The position numbers and the translations under genes were made by a program. From Azolla caroliniana (lineage: Eukaryota > Plantae > Polypodiophyta): a DNA stretch of 64,000 nucleotides. Below the pieces are notes generated by a model, which saw nothing but the letters and a program-made list of their open reading frames with translations, made no database searches and was not told the DNA's origin. Every line of letters begins with the position of its first letter. The first letter of the stretch is position 1. Below, in pieces: positions 54,422 to 64,000 of this stretch. The DNA lies in assembly GCA_043228905.1 (NCBI GenBank), contig JBHGNT010000017.1, forward strand, positions 2,728,001 through 2,792,000. Reading direction: 5' to 3'.

Positions 54422-57411
54422 GGAATGCCGTCTTCACGTCTAGCTGCTCTACCTCGAGGTCCATGCTTGCCGCTACACTCAGCACCGTCCGGATGGAGGT
54501 CATCTTTACTAACGGGCGTCTTGTCCTCCATGAAGATAATATCTCAACTCCGGAATACCTTCTTGTCAACCGGGTCCCACACTCGGTAGTCGAACTCATC
54601 GTCGTCGTAACCGAGGAATATGCATGGCTGGGTCTTTGGATCCAACTTTCCTCTCCGGTCCTTAGCTACATGCACATACGCGAGACACCCGAATACCTTT
54701 AGATGCCGGTAGGACACTTCCTTACCGGTCCAGACTCTTTGTGGCGTGTCTCCGTCCAAGGGGTGATCTGTTTATCACATATGTCGCCGTCGACAGTGCC
54801 TTAGCCCAAAAATTCTTGGGTAGTTTTGCATGCGCCAACATACTCCGGACCCTCTCCATTATGGTCCGGTTCATCCTCTCGGCCAACCCATTTAGTTCCG
54901 GCGTCTTCGGCACGGTAAATTTGAGCCGGATTCCCTTCGAGCGGCAGTACTCCTCGAATTGCCCCCGGTATTCACCTCCGTTATCTGCTCGAACCGCCTT
55001 CAGCTTCCGACCGGTTTCTCTTTCCACTCTCGCGTGGAGCTCTTTGAATACAGATAGCACCTGATCCTTCGTCTTCAACAGTGTGGCCCACAGCTTCCGG
55101 CTGTGGTCATCTATGAACGTCACGAAGTACTGCGATCCTGCATGTGACTTCGTGTCCACTTGACACACATCAGTATGCACCAACTCCAGTGGTGCATTAC
55201 GTCTCATTGATGGCCTTGGTCGGATGGAGGTCCGGTTTTGCTTACCGGCCAGACAATCAGTGCACTTCTCCAAGTGCACGTTCTTCACTGGAATGAGGTT
55301 GTCGTCTGCAAGCCTCTTCATCCCCTTCTCGCTCATGTGACACAGCCTTTTGTGCCACAGCTCACCGGCAGTGTTAGATGCCACGTTCACTTCCTCCGGA
55401 CATAACCGGGCATTCATCAGGTACAACGTGTTTACCTTCCGAGCCCGAGCCACAATCAGGCTCCCTTTGCTGAACTTCATAACACCGTTCGGGATGCTAC
55501 CTGTGTAGCCTTCATCATCTAGCCGACCAGCTGATATCAGGTTAAGTCGAACCTGTGGAACGTGTCGGACATCCTTCCGCAGCATCTTGCATCCGGTTGG
55601 TGTTGTCAGCCACACATCTCCTATGCCGACAATTCGGCATGTACCTTCATTCCCCATCCGGACACAGCCGTGATCACCGGTTGAGTAGGATGAGAAGCAT
55701 TTCCGGTCCGGGGTAAGGTGGAATGACGCTCCGGAGTCGACCACCCAAGTCATCTCGTTGCCGGCAAGGTTTAGCTCACTCTCCTCGGTGATGAGCATCA
55801 ACTCTTCTTCACTTGCCGCGATTGTCGTCGTTCCCTTCCGGTCCGGCCCCCTCCGGTCTTTACCGTTCCGGTCTGGTGTCCACTTTGAATCGGTACCGTC
55901 GGTTTCCTTGTCCTTCCGGAAGTGCCGACAGTTCTTCTGGAAGTGTCCCGGCTTGCCGCAATAGAAGCAAGTAGGCCTCCCCCTTGACTTTGACCATGTC
56001 CCCGACTTCTCTCGGTTCTAGGGACTGCGGTTCCTTTGTCTTCCGCGTTCCAATTCGGTAAGGAGCGCTTGGGAGTCGGAGCTCATATCCTTATCTTTCC
56101 GATGCGCCTCCTCATCTAGCAAGCTCGACTTCACTCTTGCTAGGGATAACCGTTTCCCTTCTGGCCCGGCGTTGCCCAAAGTGACAACCAACGTCTCCCA
56201 ACTATCCGGGAGGGAACCGAGGAGGAGTAGCGCTAGTACCTCATCGGCGACAGGTACTTCCAATGATTTTGCCTGGTGTATCAGCCCCTGGAAGGCATTC
56301 ATGTGCTCCGCCATGCTGGAGCCATCTTGGTACCGGAGTCTTACTAGCTTTCGGAATACGGAAACCTAGTTTACAACATTTTTGTTCTGAAACATAATGT
56401 CGATCTTCTCCCAAAGCTCATGAACCTTGCTCTCTTCATTGAAGTTGTTGTATAGGCTCATGTCGATGAAGCACCGTATGTACGCCGTTGTCTTCATGTG
56501 CATCACCTCCCATATCGTGGCGTCGATTTTGTCCGGTCTCTTGTCCCCGAACTGAACCGGCAACCAAAGATCTTTAACCACGACTTCCACACTGAATAGT
56601 TGGAGCCAGTGAGCTTGAACATGCCGCCCAACGATTCGTCCATTTTCTGTGTCGTTTCACTCTGATACCACTTTGACAGGAACTGCTTGCTCCCTATGCG
56701 CAACGCTCGGCCACAACCGAGCTTAGAATCATACACAGAAAACGGGAAATGAAAGCACGACACAATGGAGAGAAGAGTACACAGGATGTTTAATGTGGAA
56801 AACCCTGAGAGGGAAAAACCACGGGAGTCCACAAACTCCAAACTATCACTATATCACAATGATTACAACAGTGAGCTCACGGAGGCAACGACCTCGTGCT
56901 CACGATCTTCGCCACAGGTGGCGGTTACAACAAAGGCAACAACCTCTTTCGATGTCTCTCTATACACTGTTACGCACTCTCTTCTTGCACCAACAAGAAT
57001 GACAACAACACCTCTAAGTTTGCCCTAAGTCATATTTATACTAATATGACTTTTTGGCTATTTACAAATATAGTCTAGATGGACTCTCAGAAACATATTT
57101 ACTAATATGTCCCTTCATCCGGTGAGCGCTCCTCACCGGGCCTGCATCATCCGGCGCTTGCCGGGCACACGTCGTCCGGTTCTCACCGGGTCTTCCGTTT
57201 TCGGGTACTCTTCATCCGGTTCTCACTGGGTCTTCACCGTCCGACTCTTGCCGGGTACTCGTCATCCGGTTCTCCGTAGCCGGGTACTCCTCATCCGATT
57301 CTCACCGGGTCTTCCGTTTCCGGGTACTCCACATCCGGGTCTTCCGTTTCCGAGTTTGCTCATCAGTACTGTTCTTCTCATCTCCCATCCGGATGGACCT
57401 GTTTCCTAACA
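54422..57411 (-). mobile_element. Truncated, internally deleted copia related to the element at 32301-37622
   Basis: 5' LTR 56674-57411; iMet-type PBS 56659-56670; gag pieces 56018-56640; ORF 54722..55801 highly similar to the 1357-aa protein; a deletion near 54510 fuses the IN tail to RT. Confidence 0.88.
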
Positions 57412-57611
57412 CGAGCTACCCATTTGTGTATTCGTTTTGATCAGTGTCTTCTCTTCTTTTGCTTTTCTTCCTTCTATCACGTACACGTGCTACGTAGCAG
57501 CACTATGGTAGGTGATAGCCGGATTTTTTCGTCGGCATCTCGAACACACAATCACGGAGTCGGGTGGGCTTAGTGGATTTTCCAAACCACACGTGACACG
57601 CTCTGATACCA

Positions 57612-58200
57612 TGTTAAAAATTAGGTCATTAAGCAAGGGGTTAATTAGTACCTAATTATGTGATTAAGCTAAGGCGAAGATTATGTGATATGCGAGTGTG
57701 TGTGTGAGAGGAAGAGAGAGAAGTAGTTATACTTATGAACAACACAAGATGGGGGATGATTAACTCTATATTAAATTAGCATCATCATCATCATCATCAA
57801 ATACAAAAATTAGTACAATAATCCAAAGAAATGGTAGTTAACTCACAAATATATGAGTGAAAGAGAAGAGAGAATAAAACCCGGATGATAGAGCCCACAA
57901 GTCGAAGTAGTAAGAGTGTAGATCTCACATTGAATTCTTTCTTTTCTATCTCGTTTTCTTCTTCTTATACTTCTCAAAGAAAACAGTCGTGTTGTTTTGT
58001 TTTGGACCCCTCTTTATTTTCTTTACACACACACATACACTAAAAACGTAACTTACATTTACCCTTTTCAAGAAATAATGAAAGGGTAACAATTACTAAA
58101 GAAAGAGACAAAACGTTTGTTTTGTTTCATACTACTACTATTACTACTAATAAATATTATTAAAAAAGAAAAAAGAAAATAGTGATCGGACACATTAACA
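57612..58200 (-). repeat. AT-rich copia LTR bounded by a PBS on one side and a PPT on the other
   Basis: TGTTAA..TTAACA termini; gctctgatacca at 57600-57611; atctccccct at 58201-58210. Confidence 0.82.
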
Positions 58201-59670
58201 ATCTCCCCCTCCGGTCACACAAGGAGAAGATTGCTTGTGTCTCAATTCATCTCCATTCAAGCAAGCCTGGGACATAGCTCAAGCTTCTCCCTTGGAACCA
58301 CCTTTGTCATCTGTATGAACTTTCTCTAGCTGCAACATTTGCTCCTTGATTGCCAATTGTAACCAATGATACCTTACATCGATGTGGTTTGTCCGTGAAT
58401 GATACATTGAGTTCTTGGTTAGGTGCATTGCACTTTGACTGTCACAAAAAGCCACATAAGTTAATTGATTCAAACCCAATTCTAAAAGAAACCTTTTCAT
58501 CCAAAGCATTTCTTCTAGCCTCAGTTGCCGCAATGTATTCAACTTCCGTAGTGGACAATGCAACACACTTTTGCAATTTGGATTGCCATGATATAGCTCC
58601 CCCTGCAAAAGTAAATAAGAAATTGGATGTAGATTTCCTACCATCAAGATCTCCAGGCATGTCTGCATTTGTAAAGCCTTCAAGAATTGGTTTAGAACCT
58701 CCAAAACAAATGCACAGCTTAGATGACCTCTCAAATACCTTAGAATAATCCATTTTACCGCATTCCAATGAGATTTACTAGGGTTAGAGAGATACCTACT
58801 AACTGTACCAACAACGTGTGCAATATCTGGTCGTGTGCTAACCATAACATACATTAAGGTGATGAGAAATCGTTGCGGAATATAAATCACAATGAACAGA
58901 CACTGTTGAAATACGAATCACAGAAATATGCCAATAAAAGACAAGATGAACAATGGTGCATAGAGATTTACGTGGAAACCCGAAAACGGGGAAAACCACG
59001 GGTGAACAGATTTCTTCACTATACAAAGTGGATATACAACACTGAGAGGAATACAACACTTTGTCGAGTGTATCAACCGCACAGGGCTCTCGCGTCTGCT
59101 GTTACTCACATAGATATGGCGCGGCTCACACTTCTCTCTCTTACACACTCACAGGTTCTCTTACTCTGTTCGTCTCACTAACACCTTTCTGTACACATCA
59201 TAAAGTTTGTCCTAGTTGCATATATACTTACACAACTTTCCGTCTATTTACATACTTAGCCCTCATGTAGCACACATTCAGACTATTTACAAATATAGTC
59301 TCCTGAGTTGGCTATTTACACGATTATGGTTTCTCTCTCTCTCCCCATCCGGAGAGACCTGTTTCCTAACATCATCATTATTATTACCATAATAATAATA
59401 GTCGAATTCACAAACACTCGACTCACTGTTTTCGACTCTTCGACTGTCGTCTTTCCGAACAGTCGGCTCTTCCTTCCATTAGAGGGACATATTCCCAACA
59501 TAAGGATCCAACCGTCGAGGCATAGGGAATTGACAACATCTCAACTTTTTCCAAACTATTTTTCAACCTACATACCAAATGTTCTTTCCCTTTCTCTTCA
59601 AAACCCTCCGGTTGTTCCATGTATATTTCCTCGTTTAGGTCACCATGTAAAAAAAACACGTTCGTGTTCA
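58201..59670 (-). pseudogene. Old copia RT-RNase H relic, interrupted by a solo LTR
   Basis: TRPDIAH, SWQSKLQKCVALSTTE, HSRTNHIDVRYHW, FLHGDLNEEIYMEQPEG; frameshifts and a deletion. Confidence 0.88.
58860..59500 (-). repeat. Copia-type solo (compound) LTR, 5-bp TSD TAAGG
   Basis: TG..CA termini; TAAGG at 58855-58859 and 59501-59505; removal roughly restores the host STVGSLMY; a second LTR start lies inside at 59371. Confidence 0.82.
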
Positions 59671-60022
59671 CAAGTGGAAGGATCGTGCATAAATGGAAGG
59701 ATAAGGAAAATTTTGGTTTATTTTAGGGTTTTTTCAATGATTTTACAAAACACATTGATACCAGTATCATACATGTTCAAACATACTTTGAAAAAGGTTA
59801 AAAATCCACTATTTCCGTGATTTAGAAGTAACTAAAAAAAGAGAAATTTCAAAAAGTTACATTCTCAATTTATATCACAAACTTTGCAACCAATGTTATT
59901 TTATAAGAAACGATTTTTTAGAAATCATAAGAATTCAAAACACATGCTTTTATATTACTCGATTTGTTACAAGCAGAATGTATTTACACTTAATAGCCAA
60001 AAATACATTCATGATCATTCCT

Positions 60023-62809
60023 TTACAGAGAATCACTACCATAACTAATATACAATGACAATTCCTCCTCGTCATCCTTGGATGTACCAATAAGTGTATT
60101 ATCTTCGTCATAAACCAAATGATTTGACTCTAGATTATATGTAGCAGATCTCGTTTGCCTTTCACTCGAGCCACCTTGTAGACCTGGTAATTTTTCTTTT
60201 ATTATATCTATTGTTGACTTCCTTAATCGTCTGGCTTTTGTAAGTGTGAAGTCGTACACGATGATATCCACATCAGAGATATCAAGGGTAGAGGTGTTAC
60301 GAATGTTTCACTTCCTCTTCCTACCTCCCCTTCTTGTTGGGCATTCAATCATCTCCAATGTATACTTACCTGTAAAAGCATTTGCACTTCTAGTGTTGTA
60401 CCAATGAACGTTTATAGACTTGATAGTGTTTTCTATTTCATGCATTAGCACTTCTAGAATTTTACCAACCCAAAATTGGTGGCCATGTGAATTCTCATCA
60501 GTCAGCGTTGCAATCAACATCCCCACCGTGAGCTCTTGCAAATTGCCTTGCCATCTACCTTCGGCTGCTTTGGTCATCCTTGGTCCCACATAAATGTCTC
60601 TTTGTTGTGGATGGACCAACCTTTCATTAATCACATTTGTTGGTTGCTCCGGAGTTCTATTTACACGATCGTGTTGCAGCAACGATGTGAATGGTGTTTC
60701 CAAATTCCAATTATCACCAGATACACAATTGTCTATATTTCCTTTTTGAGCACTATAAAATACATCCCACCATGACGTGTCTTGTTGTGCGGCATATTTC
60801 TTGGCGGCCTTAATATGCTTTCTTTTTTCTTCTAAGGCTTGGAGCCATAACCATTTTTGTTCCGATACCAAGTCACTCTGCAACTGTCCTTTCTTCTCAA
60901 TTGGCATTTGCTTAGCTCCATGGACAATTGTACTCGGCATACAAAGTAATAACTGGCAACCACCTTCAGGTTCCCATGTTGTAGAAGATGAATGTTGTTT
61001 AGCATACAAAAGTTTAGAACCACTTATTTCATTTTTCTTTATCATAAAAATGTGATTGAAGCTTATATTGTTTAACTGGGCAAGCACTTAAACATTCCCA
61101 ACACCCCCATCTAATATATATCTCTTAAAGTCATATACCTCCTTCAAGTGTAACACTTTTGGGCGTGGTGTATATGCATCACAAATGATATCAAATAGTT
61201 TAGGTAATGTGAAAGCATCATGTCGAGACAATTGTCTAGAGAATGTGCTAAACATTTGATCTATATGATCATGTGTGTGGCCAACCAAAAGAAAATTGAC
61301 TTTCACTTTCCTAAACAATCCTTAGTTGACCAACATACTTAGATATCCAAACACAATTGAATTTTTGTTCTCTCTAGCAGTATTGTCCAATTGAATGTAT
61401 AGAACAAGGGGGAAAGGTTGGCCCCAAGACATCAAAACTCGGTGAATCACTGTAACTGTTAGGTTAGGGTCATTGTGAACATTAGGGTATGTAATGAAGA
61501 CGTGAGGTCCAACAGACCTATTATAAGCTAAGCATCCCACCAAGTGCATTTGAACAAGGCACTCATCATTGACGTCTTTGGGGAGCCTCCGCATATGCGG
61601 CAAGCACCTCTTCTTCTGATCCATGCCATCTATCATTAAGCACATGTATTGTTCGGGCCTCTTCAAACACTTCTCTCTATGATGCATCGCCTTCTTTCGT
61701 TCTAATGATTGTGCCTCACGATGCTCTTGTAGTAACTTCTTACTCATATCCTTTTCCATTGATTTCTTTGCACCTTTAGCCAAACTTTTAAGATTTGCAC
61801 AAATGGAGCAATACCCCATGCATACTTTACGTGGAATGATAACATTTGAAAACCGAGCTCTCCATAATCTTGTGAATTGGCTATATGTGACAGACTTATT
61901 ACGTGAGCCCACCATATTAGATCGATAGACATCATAAACTTCCCGACGTATGCAATTATCAGAAAGGTGCATCCTACCTGTAGTGGGCATTACTTAACAA
62001 TTTAACTGAAAGTAAGTTTTCATCCAACCAATAGCGTGTCTTCCAATTGCACCTTTCATACTTGGAACCTCTTTACAATTGAGCATCTAATCCCCGCTAA
62101 GTAAACGTTGGTGTACTCTATGTAGCCGCATGTTACTAACACATAACACAAATTTGAATGCAACTCTACATATCTGTTGTGCATGGAAGATATAATACTC
62201 GAATGATACTTTGATCCCCGTACATTTGTCAGACACTAGTTGCATATGTGACCCGAGGTAAGTGTCTTGCTCATCACCAGTCATCGAAAAATAGTATCGC
62301 CTTAATTCTCGCAACTTTGATTTTCCAATTATAGACATACAACCACGAGCACAACATATTTTTTTGACATCAAATCCAATCTGTTTATTTGATGTCACCA
62401 AGGTAAATCTAGCCAGACGAATTCTTTGTGGGATTCTTCTAATATGCATAGGGCTTCCAGATTTCTCTTCCTGCATAGAAGTTGGTGTAACCTTGTTACT
62501 ATCCAATTCTTTGTTGTGACCATCGCCCATGATATTCGATGTTTCATTGGCACTACCTTCATTCTTCGTATCTTTATTAATATCGTATTCTTCAATAGAG
62601 AACTCTTCACATGTGTCATTATTCACATTCGTTGTAGGTGAAGATGAGCTCAGACAATACTCTTCGATAGAATATGGTGAGTCTGTCGACAGACAATATT
62701 CTTCAATAGAAAATTGTGAGTCTGTCGACAAACAATATTCTTCGGTAGAAAATGAAGAGTCTGATGACAAACAATATTCTTCAATCGAGAACGGTGAATC
62801 TTCACTCAT
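60023..62809 (-). pseudogene. Decayed RNase H-fold DNA transposase (Sola-like/DUF7869-type)
   Basis: Collinear broken ORFs with MIDGMDQ, QLDNTARENKN, FLLVGHTHDHIDQMFS and Cys clusters (CC.RGC, CSIC); AT-rich flanks; superfamily assigned from motif memory only. Confidence 0.75.
62652..62807 (-). repeat. Four 39-bp coding tandem repeats (S.FSIEEYCLS.D) at the transposase N-terminus
   Basis: Visible in the DNA and in ORF 62087..62809. Confidence 0.9.
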
Positions 62810-63109
62810 GGCTTAAGGTCTAGACAGAGCTCTTTAAGTTATGTGCTTAGGCTAAGGCAAAAAACTAATAAGCTCCTCTCTAAACATAAATTCCTCTCAA
62901 AACATAAACTCCTCTCTAAATAGAAGCTCCCTCAATATAATGTCTATAATATTTAATATTATATTAATACAATACATAATATATTTTTTTTTTATTATAG
63001 TAATTGTATCTAACATATTACTAATTACTTAAACTAGTCTATATGAAGTTAAATAAAGTATAATATAGTTACAATCATTACCAAGCCATATATATGTTGG
63101 ATTAAAGTT

Positions 63110-64000
63110 AAAATCATTGGTTAATTAATGGCCCCCATATTTAATATAGAACTTCTCAGTCATTGGTTCATTAATGGCACCATTTTAAATATAAGACTTT
63201 TCAATCATTGGTTCATTCATGCCTGTTAGGAAACAGGTCCCTCCGGATGGGAAGTTAGAAGAACAGTGTTGATGAGCAACTCAGCCGAGGCCGAATTCGG
63301 ATGTGGAGTACCCGTGAATGGAAGACCCGGTGAGAACCGGATGATGAGTACCCGGCAACGGAAGACCCGGTGAGAACCGGATGTGGAGTACCCTGCAAGG
63401 AAGACCCGGTGAGATCCGGATGTTGCAAGCCCGGTGAGAACCTCTCATCGGATGAAGGGACATATATGTAAATATGTTCCAGAGAGCCCAATGGGGCTAT
63501 ATTTGTAAATAGCCCGAAAGTCATATTAGTATAAATATGACCTAGGGCAAACTTAATAGCAATGATGTAGAGTTGGTTGTGTGATTATCGTTGTGGCGAT
63601 AACTCAGTGTGTAACTGTGTACAGAGAAGAGAGAGAGAGAGAAAGAGGTTGTTGCCTCTGTTGTAACCGCCTGGTGGTGAAGCGAGGGAGCAAGAGGTCG
63701 TTGCTTCTGTGCCCCATTGTTGTAATCTTGATATAGTGATAGTTTTGGAGTCTGTGGACTCCCGTGGTTTTTCCCTCTTAGGGTTTTCTACGTTAATATC
63801 CTGTGTATTCTCTTTCTGTTTTGTCGACTTACCTCCATTCCCATTTCATCTGTGTTTTGATTGTCAACAAGTGATCTACGCTTCGATTGTGGCCGGAGAT
63901 TAATCCGCGTATTCCGCGCCAATGCCCACATCTTTAATACAAAGCAATTAAGAGTCATAAAAATGTTGATTTCAGTAATCAATCATCGGTTCATTCATGA
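63110..64000. repeat. Short repeats (aatcattggttcattnatg), possibly subterminal repeats of the DNA transposon
   Basis: Copies near 63112, 63159, 63203 and 63981. Confidence 0.5.
63224..63921 (+). repeat. Copia solo LTR, 5-bp TSD ATGCC
   Basis: TGTTAGGAAACAGG...cgcCA; ATGCC at 63219-63223 and 63922-63926; same family as 56674-57411. Confidence 0.88.

Overview
The window is made entirely of eukaryotic transposable elements, with no host gene detected. It is most likely heterochromatin of a non-seed land plant. That is an inference from Tcn1-like chromoviruses, a plant tRNA-Trp PBS and C>T decay in CG and CHG contexts. Elements are nested up to five levels deep. (1) A GC-rich, chromodomain-less Ty3/gypsy family ('family W') has a tRNA-Trp PBS, Gag and protease in ORF1, and RT-RH-IN reached by a predicted -1 frameshift at GGATTTT. 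It is present as one intact young copy (5803-13151), two decayed copies, three solo LTRs and two non-autonomous derivatives. (2) Tcn1/Tf1-like chromoviruses include one near-intact, apparently self-priming copy (45952-51225). (3) Several Ty1/copia elements include one intact, very young copy (32301-37622). (4) A decayed Sola-like/DUF7869-type DNA transposase lies at the right end. The strongest unexpected signal is family W's insertion pattern. It makes 4-bp TSDs, and 8 of 9 readable junction tetramers are centred on CpG (mostly NCGT/ACGN), which suggests sequence-specific CpG targeting. Other notable signals are a covarying hairpin just upstream of the family W PPT, a D-H-G protease motif, antisense tRNA-like Pol III boxes at the start of three unrelated LTR types, and a hairpin over the chromovirus self-primer. 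All coordinates were read by eye, and no searches or alignments were run.
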